From: Clostridiales bacterium DTU086
GTDB taxonomy: Bacteria; Bacillota; DTU086
Length of the DNA stretch: 64,000 nucleotides
NCBI GenBank assembly: GCA_001513335.1
Contig: LFTO01000038.1
Location: 20,040 to 84,039, forward strand
Direction: 5' to 3'
This document shows positions 42,418 to 52,269 of this stretch, piece after piece (position 1 is the stretch's first letter; each line of letters begins with the position of its first letter). A model generated the notes under the pieces. The model was given only the letters and a program-made list of their open reading frames with translations. It was not told the origin of the DNA and did no database searches. Position numbers and translations under genes: made by a program.

Positions 42418-43611
42418 TTATTCCTCCTCTGCCGGTACTTCCAGAAGTTCCATTCCGGCAGCCCGAGCATATTTCTCTAATTCCTCCCTTGACTTGCCAT
42501 CTAGGTCAATTTCCACTGCAAACCCCTGGGAACGCAAACCTGCTGCAGCACTCAACAGTTTTTTGAAATCCTTTCCGTATACCAGTAGTTGTTTTGAATT
42601 TGAAGAAGGGAGTTTGCCTACCCGTTTCAGGACCAACAGAATTCTCTCAATTCCCAGAGCAAATCCCGTTGCCGGACATGGGAAACCAAATCGGCCAAAA
42701 AGATTATTATACCTACCGCCTCCGCAAATGGGAAATCCCAGTGCCGGAGAATATACCTCAAATACAATACCTGTATAATATTCAAAATCCCTCGTTATCC
42801 CCAGGTCAATAAAAACATTATCCATTAGACCCGCAGCAGCTAACGAGTCATAAACATCTCGAAGGCGTTCCAGGTGAATTGTTATCGGACCGGGTAGAGA
42901 TTTGCCCGCAAGCCGTTCAAAAAATTCCTCACCGGATTGGACTAAAGAAAGGCCGTTTAGCAAGTCCTTCTCTTCCTCTACAAGAGAAGCGCCTTCGATT
43001 ATTGAATTTACTGTTACGTAATCCTTATCTGCTATGGATTGCTTTAAGAGATTTTTCGTTTTTTCAGGTAAACAGGTTATCTCCAAAAATGAATCAAGGA
43101 GCTGTACCTGGCCAACACCAATTTTAAAATCTTCAACCCCCAGAGTGCGCAGGGCTTCACTTGCCAAAATTATCACTTCGGCATCTGCTCTCCCTGTGTC
43201 AGTGCCTATCAACTCTATGCCTGCTTGAAAGAATTCCCGATACCGGCCCGCTTGAGGTTTTTCATGGCGAAAAACATTACCAGTATAAAAAAGACGTAAC
43301 GGCAAGGGTACTCCGGTCAGCTGAGAAGCAACAAAACGAGCAATTGGTGTTGTCATATCAGGCCTTAATGTAAAGGCCTCCCCTTCCCTCCCAAAAAACC
43401 TGTATAGTTGGCTCTTTTCCTCTTCGTTTAATCCCCTACCAATAACATCCTCATATTCTATAGTCCCGGTAATAACCTCTTCATACCCCCAACTAGAAAA
43501 CAAATTAGCTAATTTATTCTCCACAACCCTTTTCGTACTAGCCGCCTCTGAATGCCAGTCTCTAATACCGGTTGGTGTAGACAGGTTCAACTCAGGGTCC
43601 ATGTTTTTCAC
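42418..43611 (-). CDS. hisZ: ATP phosphoribosyltransferase regulatory subunit (HisRS paralogue)
   Basis: Class II aaRS-like core lacking the anticodon-binding domain. Adjacent to the short hisG. Confidence 0.9.
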   Translation of the reverse strand: MKNMDPELNLSTPTGIRDWHSEAASTKRVVENKLANLFSSWGYEEVITGTIEYEDVIGRGLNEEEKSQLYRFFGREGEAFTLRPDMTTPIARFVASQLTGVPLPLRLFYTGNVFRHEKPQAGRYREFFQAGIELIGTDTGRADAEVIILASEALRTLGVEDFKIGVGQVQLLDSFLEITCLPEKTKNLLKQSIADKDYVTVNSIIEGASLVEEEKDLLNGLSLVQSGEEFFERLAGKSLPGPITIHLERLRDVYDSLAAAGLMDNVFIDLGITRDFEYYTGIVFEVYSPALGFPICGGGRYNNLFGRFGFPCPATGFALGIERILLVLKRVGKLPSSNSKQLLVYGKDFKKLLSAAAGLRSQGFAVEIDLDGKSREELEKYARAAGMELLEVPAEEE

Positions 43612-43659
43612 TCCCCACCCTACTATACTTTATCGTGGTAACATGTTAATGTGATGATA

Positions 43660-43692
43660 TCACCGGCACCTGGTGTTGTCAACGAGAATTTT
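43660..43692 (-). promoter_or_regulatory. Sigma-A promoter of the his operon
   Basis: On the minus strand: TTGACA, 17 nt, TATCAT, ~60 nt before the hisZ ATG. No T-box elements are seen in the leader. Confidence 0.5.
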
Positions 43693-43701
43693 ATTTTGAA
43701 A

Positions 43702-43726
43702 GAAAAAAAGTGCCTATAAAGGCACA
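43702..43726 (-). terminator. Weak intrinsic terminator after the ClC gene
   Basis: GTGCC-tataaa-GGCAC hairpin followed by a U-run on the minus strand. Confidence 0.45.
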
Positions 43727-43787
43727 GACAGATTTCGGTATATATGCTTCAGGGTCTTCAAAAGGACTGTTGATAATAATATTTTTG

Positions 43788-45140
43788 CTATTGAGACATT
43801 TTTTGATAATTATAAGGTGACCTTGACCTGGGAACCCAGAAATCAGTCTCAACCTCACGGATACCTTCCTGGATAAGGCGGATATTATATATAGAACACC
43901 CTCTCAATAAGGCCCAGCCAACGAGTGTGGCACATACAGAAGCTATCATAACAGGCAGGACAATAGCGTAGTTGTTTGTAATCTCCATTACCATAATAAT
44001 GGCAGTTATAGGTGATTTGAAGGCACTGCCTAATATTGTTGCCACACCAACAGCAATATATGTCTCAGGCGAGCCAACTATACCGGGAAGAAACGAGCTT
44101 GCCAGCCAAAAGACCCCCCCTCCAAACATTGAACCTATTACCAGGCTGGGGGCAAAAACGCCACCAGACCCTCCAAAGCTAAGAGTAACAACTGTAGCAA
44201 AGATTTTTAATAATACTATTAAGAAAAACATGCCCATAGTAAACCTTAGGCCCATAGCCATATTGATGTATTCGTACCCCTCGCCTAAAACTACAGGGAA
44301 ATACAAAGCAAAAAGGCCTAGAATAATCCCACCGCAAATCGGCTTAACATATCCCGGAACAGAATTTATGGAGGAAACGAAAGAACCGGCTTTATTTAGT
44401 AACAAAACAAAACTGACTCCGACAATTCCACCGATGATTCCCATAAGTGCGAAAATAATTAATTCAGGCCATTGCCCCCAAACGGCGCCTTGCATTTCCA
44501 ATAACACCTTGTTGCCTAAAATGCTCTTGGTAATCTGAGTAGCGACAACGGAAGAGAGTACCAGATAGCAAAAACCTTTGGTATTGAACTCTTCGAGAAC
44601 TGCTTCCATTGCAAATATTACCCCGGCAATAGGAGCATTAAAAATAGCACCTAATCCCCCAGCCGCTCCTGCTGCAGTAATTAAAACCAACTTTCGCTGT
44701 TCAAGGTTAAAAACCTGCCCGATAAAAGACCCAACGCCGGAGCCAATTTGGATCATCGGCCCCTCGGGACCAACAGACCCCCCAAATCCCATACAAAAAG
44801 AAGAGGCGATGCATTCAATAGGTGTAATCTTTCCCGATATACGTCCATCATTTAAAGAAATAGAACGCATAACCTCCTCAACACCGTGCCCTTCCCCCTT
44901 ACGTAAAGTTGCTCCCAAAAACAGCCATACGACAAACATCCCTATAATCGGTATAAATATAATTGCCCACTGGGAAAACCCGGACAGAAAACCGGCAAGG
45001 TGAACCCACATTACCTCATGGAAAAATTCTATAGAGTAACGAAAAATGACAGCACCCAGCCCGGCTCCAATTCCTACTAAAACACATAAAAGAGCAAGCT
45101 TTATTTCAATGCATGAATTTTCCCTGGTATTATTAAGCAT
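43788..45140 (-). CDS. ClC-family anion channel/transporter (no CBS domains, 450 aa)
   Basis: 'GGSVGPEGPMIQIG' (GxEGP-type) and 'GVFAPSL' (GxFxP). The first filter motif reads 'GHGVEEV' instead of GSGIP. Confidence 0.8.
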   Translation of the reverse strand: MLNNTRENSCIEIKLALLCVLVGIGAGLGAVIFRYSIEFFHEVMWVHLAGFLSGFSQWAIIFIPIIGMFVVWLFLGATLRKGEGHGVEEVMRSISLNDGRISGKITPIECIASSFCMGFGGSVGPEGPMIQIGSGVGSFIGQVFNLEQRKLVLITAAGAAGGLGAIFNAPIAGVIFAMEAVLEEFNTKGFCYLVLSSVVATQITKSILGNKVLLEMQGAVWGQWPELIIFALMGIIGGIVGVSFVLLLNKAGSFVSSINSVPGYVKPICGGIILGLFALYFPVVLGEGYEYINMAMGLRFTMGMFFLIVLLKIFATVVTLSFGGSGGVFAPSLVIGSMFGGGVFWLASSFLPGIVGSPETYIAVGVATILGSAFKSPITAIIMVMEITNNYAIVLPVMIASVCATLVGWALLRGCSIYNIRLIQEGIREVETDFWVPRSRSPYNYQKMSQ

Positions 45141-45204
45141 CTTTCCGGTAAATCCCCCTCAAAAACCAATAATAAATTTCATTAGAAACGAAGCAACAAT
45201 TTTA

Positions 45205-45236
45205 ATTATATCATAAAGACTTTTTTTTGAACTGCC
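45205..45236 (-). promoter_or_regulatory. Extended -10 promoter for the ClC gene
   Basis: On the minus strand: TTCAAA …15-17 nt… TGaTATAAT. Confidence 0.45.
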
Positions 45237-45480
45237 ATACTGTTCAAAGGAACACCTTCAAATCCTTACCAAATCCTGGCCCTTGCCTTCTCCTCTTAGC
45301 ATATCCTTCGTTACTAATTAATCAGACAAAAAGATTGGTTTGCCTTGGGGCACAGTATTTTCTTAAGAATTAATTCAAGATTTGACCTTGGGGGTAGACG
45401 CTCTTGCCTTAGACGAATCTTATGGACACATACCCGCCCATAACAAGACATATACTGTCCAGTATCCACTACAGTTGTCA

Positions 45481-45516
45481 CAATTAAAAATCCCTGGGTC
45501 GTTAGACCCAGGGATT
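45481..45516 (-). terminator. Intrinsic terminator after the oxidoreductase beta subunit
   Basis: 13-bp stem AAATCCCTGGGTC-gtta-GACCCAGGGATTT followed by a U-run on the minus strand. Confidence 0.8.
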
Positions 45517-45536
45517 TATTTACCTTTAAGCTGAAA

Positions 45537-46523
<987 letters not shown>

Positions 46524-46532
46524 TCACTCAAA

Positions 46533-47729
46533 TTAGTCTAGTTCGTCCAGATGGAAGGGTGCGATGAAGGCTTCGTCAGCAGCAGGCTGCTTACCAATAA
46601 AGCTCTGACCCTTCTTGAACAGGCAGTAGAACTCTTCGCGGGTACATACTTCGCCGCCGAGACCACCAACACACTGTACAACAGGAGCATCGCTTACACC
46701 GTACAGAGCAGCCTTAACTTCAGCTGCAACGGGGCCGGTTCTACCTGTCATACCGAAGGAGAAGGAGTTGTCAAATACAACGATAGCTTTTGCATTTGCC
46801 AAAGTTTCACGAACAGCCTTGGTCGGGAACGGACGCATTAGTCTCAGTCTTGCTACACCGACTTTTTCGCCTAAACCACGAAGTTTCTTGGCAACAGTCT
46901 TAGCGGTTTCAATGTGGCCACCCTGACCAATCAGGATAACTTCGGCATCGTCGCAGAATGTCTTTTCGATGAAGGGATCATACTTACGGCCGAAAATTTC
47001 ACCGAATTGTGCCCAAACTTCTTCTACTACAGGTTCAACGCCATTCCACAGCTGCCATCTCTGGAACTGCAGCGGGGGACCCATTTCAGGTTCAATCTGA
47101 GGTCCAATGATCATGGGATCTCTTGGATCCAGAATGTGATGGTTCTTGTACGGTGGCAGGAACTCATCAGCTTGAGCCTGTTCAGGAATATCAACAGCAC
47201 CTAAAATGTGAGTTACATAGTATCCGTCCTGGGCAGCAATCTGGGGCAACAGAACTCTCGGGTCTTCACCAATACGATAATATGCCAGAGTGTTGTCCAG
47301 AATTTCCTGCGGTGTGGAAGCCCAACCAATAATGAAGCCTTGGTCACGAATGGACAGAGCATCCATGTGTTCAGAACCAAAGTCACCCGGCGGGTCTAAA
47401 GTTCTGTTACCAATTACCATTTGCAACGGCAGTCTTTCACCAGAGATTGGGGAATAAACTTCCATTGCGTAGGTAACACCAACACCGGAGCTACCGGTAT
47501 AGGCCCTTGCGCCAGCAGCAGAAGCACCGTATACAACACTCAGCTGAGCGTGTTCGCCTTCGCCGTGAATGAATTCTGCATCCAAGTCACCATTAGCTAC
47601 CATACGAGCAAGCTCGGACATAATACCGGTGTAAGGACGAATCGGATAGGAACAAATAACGTCAACGTCTGCTAGACGTGCACCGTGAGCTGCAGCAACA
47701 CAACCAGAAATATACTCTATTCTACCCAT
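46533..47729 (-). CDS. 2-oxoacid:ferredoxin oxidoreductase alpha subunit
   Basis: POR/VOR/KOR alpha-domain homology. 398 aa. Confidence 0.85.
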   Translation of the reverse strand: MGRIEYISGCVAAAHGARLADVDVICSYPIRPYTGIMSELARMVANGDLDAEFIHGEGEHAQLSVVYGASAAGARAYTGSSGVGVTYAMEVYSPISGERLPLQMVIGNRTLDPPGDFGSEHMDALSIRDQGFIIGWASTPQEILDNTLAYYRIGEDPRVLLPQIAAQDGYYVTHILGAVDIPEQAQADEFLPPYKNHHILDPRDPMIIGPQIEPEMGPPLQFQRWQLWNGVEPVVEEVWAQFGEIFGRKYDPFIEKTFCDDAEVILIGQGGHIETAKTVAKKLRGLGEKVGVARLRLMRPFPTKAVRETLANAKAIVVFDNSFSFGMTGRTGPVAAEVKAALYGVSDAPVVQCVGGLGGEVCTREEFYCLFKKGQSFIGKQPAADEAFIAPFHLDELD

Positions 47730-47753
47730 TAAATCTTCACCTCCTCAAAGGAT

Positions 47754-48053
47754 TTAGTCTTCAAAGTCTAGCTCAGGAACCATGGTGATTGCGCCGGTGG
47801 GACATTCGTTTGCACATACACCACAGCCCTTGCAGTACTTGTAATTGAATTCTGGAACTTCGCCACGGGTAATGCATGCATCAGCGCAGTAAATCCAGCA
47901 CTGCCAGCACTGAGTGCATTTTTCAGCTTCAATAACAGGACGCTGTACACGCCAATGACCGGTAACCATCTTATCGTTTTCAACTTGTGGAGACGGAACA
48001 GTACCGGCAAAAGGCAGTTCAGCTAATTTTCTTTCAGCTAGGCTTCTACTCAT
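47754..48053 (-). CDS. 2-oxoacid:ferredoxin oxidoreductase delta subunit (2x[4Fe-4S] ferredoxin)
   Basis: Two CxxCxxCxxxCP motifs. 99 aa. Confidence 0.85.
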   Translation of the reverse strand: MSRSLAERKLAELPFAGTVPSPQVENDKMVTGHWRVQRPVIEAEKCTQCWQCWIYCADACITRGEVPEFNYKYCKGCGVCANECPTGAITMVPELDFED

Positions 48054-48084
48054 TCAATACACCTCCTCGTGGTAATTAAATAAA

Positions 48085-48738
48085 CTATGCAACTGATGCT
48101 GCGTCAGCAATCTGGCATTTCTCATAGCCTTGCTTGAAGGCTTCTTTGTTGGAAATCTGAGCAATAGCTGCATCATAGCTAACGAACTCAGTAGCTTTAA
48201 CAACTGCGCCAACTAATGCAGCGGAAATACCTATACCAATACCGGACTTGTCGTATACACCTTCAGCACCGTCCAGGGTGACAATTGCTTCAGCCATTCC
48301 GAAAGCGTCAACTGTAACGATCTTGTCGAACTTAGCCAGCTGATCGGCAGGGATGAACTTAGCAATTTCTTTCGGTGAACGCTTGGTGTTAACTACCAGA
48401 GTCTTACCAGCGCTGGGACCTTCAGCAATATAGTTGCCCTTTACCAAAGTTTCCTCGGTCAGAACAACGATTTCGGGGTCTTCGTTTTCATAAACGAATT
48501 TACTTTCAATGGGCTCATCGGAAACCCTAGCATATGCACGTACAGGAACGTAAATACGGTCCGGCAGGTCTACATAGTTTTCGAAAGCCTGAACATACTT
48601 GCCGTCAGCTTTCCATGCAGCATTGGTCAAAATAACAACCACGTCACGAGCTTCTTTGTTCTGAAGAACACCTCTTGCCCAACAAGTAACCTGTCTTAGA
48701 GTTGGTTCTTCAAAAAGTTTTTTGATGTCAACACTCAC
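48085..48738 (-). CDS. 2-oxoacid:ferredoxin oxidoreductase gamma subunit
   Basis: POR-gamma family. 217 aa. Confidence 0.8.
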   Translation of the reverse strand: MSVDIKKLFEEPTLRQVTCWARGVLQNKEARDVVVILTNAAWKADGKYVQAFENYVDLPDRIYVPVRAYARVSDEPIESKFVYENEDPEIVVLTEETLVKGNYIAEGPSAGKTLVVNTKRSPKEIAKFIPADQLAKFDKIVTVDAFGMAEAIVTLDGAEGVYDKSGIGIGISAALVGAVVKATEFVSYDAAIAQISNKEAFKQGYEKCQIADAASVA

Positions 48739-48874
48739 TTGTAAATCCTCCTTCCTTGTGTTGAAGATTTGGCTGTTAGCCTAACAAAAACCACCTAACC
48801 CCCTAATCACCTCCTTAAAGTAGTAAGGATTATCATCTTATTCCCGGTGCTTTGCCGGGAAAATTACAACCCAT

Positions 48875-51040
48875 TTACATATTGGTAGCTATCCTGGCAA
48901 GGTTATTCTCACCTTCACCCAGGATTGCATCCAAAGCTTCGTTAAAATGACGCATTTCAATCTTGAGTGCTGCTTTTTGTTCTTCGGAAGCCTTGGATAC
49001 GTCTTTAACCTCAGCAATAAACTCTCTTAAGGCGATTAAGGATGCTTGTTGACATATACCTTCTATGTGGGAACCCGCAAATCCTTCTGTTTTTTCAACA
49101 ATTTGGTCAAAATCCACATCCGCGCCAAGGGGCTTGCCCTTAGTATGGATTTGAAGAATTTCACGTCTCATAACGGCATCCGGCATGGGGAATTCAAGAA
49201 TATAGTCGAACCGTCCAGGACGGAGAAGCGCTTTATCAAGGCTTTCGAGCCTGTTGGTAGCAGCAAGAACAATAACTCCCTTTAGTTCTTCAAGGCCGTC
49301 AAGCTCACTCAAAAGGATACTTACCATCCTTTCAGATGTCTTAGTGTGGCCTCCGCTTCCGCGCTCAGGGGCCAAGGCGTCAATCTCATCAAAGAACAGG
49401 ATGCAGGGCGACGCCTGTCTAGCCTTCTGGAAAACTTCAATCAACATCTTTTCTGACTGGCCGGTCCAATGTGAGAAAAGCATTGGGCTGGGTACCGAAA
49501 TAAAGTTTATTTCTGTCTCTGTTGCAATTGCCTTGGCCATCAATGTCTTACCAGTACCCGACGGACCTGAAAGGAGAATACCCTTGGGGGTTTCCATTTT
49601 GATTTGCTTGAACAGATCACCATATCTAAGAGGCCAATCAACCAGAGCAATAAGTGTTTGTTTGATTTCCTCCAATCCACCTACATCATTCCAACTTACG
49701 TTAGGCACTTCAGAGAAGAACTCACGGGTAGCAGATGGACGAACCTGCTTTAGTGCTTCCTGGAAGTCAGCCATGGACACAACCATTTTAACATCCTGGT
49801 TGCTGACCTTTTCTCCCAAATCAATCTGAGGGAGCAAACGTCTCAAGGCACTCATGCCGGCCTCTTTACAGAGGAAAGCAAGGTCCGCACCGACAAATCC
49901 ATGAGTAACTGCGGCAAGTTGCCTTATATCTACATCATCTGCTAAAGTCATGCCACGGGTATGAATTTGAAGAATATCTTCGCGGCCGTACCTGTCAGGC
50001 GCATTAATCACAATTTCCCTGTCAAAACGGCCTGGCCTTCTCAAAGCGGGATCAAGGAGGTCGGGCATGTTTGTAGCACCGATTACTACAATGTCACCCC
50101 TGGCGTCCATGCCGTCGAGGAGGGCAAGGAGCTGGGCAACAACCCTTTTTTCTACATCACCATGGACATCTCCACGCTTCGGAGCCAGGGCATCTATTTC
50201 GTCCAGGAACAAAATACTGGGAGCACGCCGTCTTGCTTCAGCAAACACTTCCCGGAGCTTGGCTTCGCTTTCGCCGTAATATTTGTTCATAACTTCCGGA
50301 CCGTTTACATGGATAAAGTGAACATCTGTTTCTGAGGCAACAGCCTTTGCAATCAAAGTTTTTCCTGTGCCAGGAGGGCCATAGAGAAGAACCCCTTTGG
50401 GAGACTCGATACCTAAGGTTCTGAATACCTCGGGGAACTTCATGGGAAGCTCAATTATTTCACGGACTCTCTGGACCTCTTGTTCCAGACCCCCGATATC
50501 TTCATAAGAAACCCTCTTCCTAGTCATGTAGTCTTCAGGTTCCTTGATTTTCAGCTTTGTATCCTTTGTTATTACCGCAGGGCCCTTGGGATTCAATCCG
50601 GCAACAGTGAAGCTCTCATCTGTTCCCACAAGCATAACAACGATTCTATCCCCGGCAACAATAGGGATACCAACCATCATTCTAAGAAGGTTATATAATA
50701 AGTTTTCGTCCTCATATTTTTTTGTGGCATCTTCAGGGGTAAGAATAACAATATTGGCTGGTTCTACTTTTGCCTTTCGAATTTGGACCTTCTCGTCCAA
50801 ACTCACGCCGGCATTATATCTAATAGTAGAGGTCATCATTACAGATTCATTACGGCAGTAGGCGCCAAAAGAAGGTACAACCTTAGCGACGGTTTTTCTT
50901 TTTCCAAGGATTTCAACGTATTCATTAAGCTGAACACCAATATCTTTCATATCCTCGGGGTCCATACGAATAAGTCCCCTGTTGGTGTCCTCCAACATTC
51001 CTTCGATAACCCTTAACCTAACGCTTTCACGTTTAGCCAC
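48875..51040 (-). CDS. CDC48/VCP-like double-AAA+ ATPase (CDC48 N-domain + D1 + D2)
   Basis: N-terminal double-psi-barrel region 'RLRVIEGMLEDTNRGLIRMDP…'. Two Walker A motifs 'GPPGTGKT' and 'GPSGTGKT'. Second-region-of-homology arginine motifs. GTG start at 51040 with a GGAGGGG RBS. Confidence 0.85.
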   Translation of the reverse strand: MAKRESVRLRVIEGMLEDTNRGLIRMDPEDMKDIGVQLNEYVEILGKRKTVAKVVPSFGAYCRNESVMMTSTIRYNAGVSLDEKVQIRKAKVEPANIVILTPEDATKKYEDENLLYNLLRMMVGIPIVAGDRIVVMLVGTDESFTVAGLNPKGPAVITKDTKLKIKEPEDYMTRKRVSYEDIGGLEQEVQRVREIIELPMKFPEVFRTLGIESPKGVLLYGPPGTGKTLIAKAVASETDVHFIHVNGPEVMNKYYGESEAKLREVFAEARRRAPSILFLDEIDALAPKRGDVHGDVEKRVVAQLLALLDGMDARGDIVVIGATNMPDLLDPALRRPGRFDREIVINAPDRYGREDILQIHTRGMTLADDVDIRQLAAVTHGFVGADLAFLCKEAGMSALRRLLPQIDLGEKVSNQDVKMVVSMADFQEALKQVRPSATREFFSEVPNVSWNDVGGLEEIKQTLIALVDWPLRYGDLFKQIKMETPKGILLSGPSGTGKTLMAKAIATETEINFISVPSPMLFSHWTGQSEKMLIEVFQKARQASPCILFFDEIDALAPERGSGGHTKTSERMVSILLSELDGLEELKGVIVLAATNRLESLDKALLRPGRFDYILEFPMPDAVMRREILQIHTKGKPLGADVDFDQIVEKTEGFAGSHIEGICQQASLIALREFIAEVKDVSKASEEQKAALKIEMRHFNEALDAILGEGENNLARIATNM

Positions 51041-51074
51041 CGAATTACACCCCTCCCCTAGTAGCCGCTCAGGC

Positions 51075-51106
51075 ACACATTAAATATATACGCTTGCTTG
51101 TCGAAA
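51075..51106 (-). promoter_or_regulatory. Putative sigma-A promoter of the CDC48-like gene
   Basis: On the minus strand: TTGATT, 17 nt, TATATT. Confidence 0.4.
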
Positions 51107-51172
51107 ATCAACAGGACAAACTTTCCACCGAAACAACAAGGGTTGTCTCATTGCACCCATCTTCATATCTAT

Positions 51173-51215
51173 TCTTTTCAACAGCAAAGTATTCCTTTCA
51201 ACAGCAAAGTATTCC
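51173..51215. repeat. Perfect tandem direct repeat, 2 x 20 bp (TTTCAACAGCAAAGTATTCC)
   Basis: Read directly in the sequence. It lies ~70-110 nt upstream of the putative CDC48 promoter. Confidence 0.8.
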
Positions 51216-51635
51216 TTAGAATAACTAAATATTTAGGATAAACACAACAAAACTAAGTCACTACACAGACTTTTTGTAAATCTACGACTAAAACCGGTTT
51301 TTTGATATGGATTGAAGGTGAGAATGTGCAAAAAATATTGCTGAACCATTTATTTTAAGGTTCTATAATTTGGTTCGCTTTCTCTATTCGATATATACCT
51401 CGTGAATCCTTCTAAAATAAAAAACTTTTTTCGCCAAAAAAACTGGAATCAACATACTATATTTTAGGCTTATATTAACACTCTTTGGAGACAAAATATT
51501 AAGTAGGGTACTGACTTCCAAGACTTGACTGCCTGAATAATTCCAAGTGTCTTTCCTATTGTCGTGTCAACAGCACAAATGTCACGGTACCCAACCATTC
51601 GACAATCTTAAATAAGAGTAACGGGAGGGACGATT

Positions 51636-51848
51636 TTGCGTCGGCTTGATCATCAAGAACAAGTATCAAGAAACAGAAGAAAATTTTTCATGAAATACGG
51701 CTTTGATGTTATCCAATACACAAACATGATGGTAAACGCAAGCACCGACGATGATATTATCTCCGAATTGGGAATTACACCTCAGCAGCTTGAACATTTC
51801 AGGAAAAATCTTCTCCTGAAAAACCTGAAATCCAAAGTTATGATTTAG
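51636..51848 (+). CDS. Small hypothetical protein (70 aa), possible regulatory/HTH-like
   Basis: TTG start 7 nt after a GGGAGGG RBS. Followed by an 11-bp-stem hairpin. Confidence 0.4.
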   Translation: MRRLDHQEQVSRNRRKFFMKYGFDVIQYTNMMVNASTDDDIISELGITPQQLEHFRKNLLLKNLKSKVMI

Positions 51849-51858
51849 CCTGAAAAAA

Positions 51859-51888
51859 GGAAACAAGGGACAAAGCACCCTTGTTTCC
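51859..51888 (+). terminator. Stem-loop after the small ORF
   Basis: GGAAACAAGGG…CCCTTGTTTCC 11-bp stem with a weak U-tract. Confidence 0.4.
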
Positions 51889-52269
51889 CAAATAATTAAT
51901 TTAGAATGTTTCCGCCGCTAACCCCTTTAATTCTGATTGTTTTCTCTCCAAAGGATTTAAGTATCACCTGTAAAAAATAATTTTTTTCCCGCATTAAGAA
52001 ACCTCTTTAGTTTACATGGTATCCTTAAACATAAGCCCGGCATCTCCCCCCTTTTAGGCATTTCGGTTACCCATGCCCAGGCATTATCTCACCAAACAAC
52101 CGGACTCTCATATATTTTAATGAAATTTACATTACAATACTGCTGGCTGCTCCAAATTCTGAAAAAAGATCAAATAAAATATATGTGATGCTTATCCAAG
52201 GCACCCTTGACAGTGTTTCTTAAGTCACAGAAAATTAAATTAGGAGAACAGAATGAGGAGGATTAACAC

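Noticed and set aside
43612-43790. T-box leader upstream of hisZ
   Set aside because: No AGGGUGGNACCGCG T-box sequence or specifier-loop architecture is seen. The region is explained by the ClC terminator plus a sigma-A promoter.
45141-45320. Possible fluoride (crcB) riboswitch in the 5' leader of the ClC gene
   Set aside because: The leader read on the minus strand lacks the conserved GGnGAUGnnGUUCnCC and downstream pseudoknot elements. Its only hairpin (TGAACTG…CTGTTCA) overlaps a plausible TTCAAA/TGaTATAAT promoter rather than an aptamer.
51173-51215. CRISPR array
   Set aside because: There are only two repeat copies with no spacer between them, and no cas genes anywhere in the window. 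The direct repeat at 20478-20530 likewise has only two copies.
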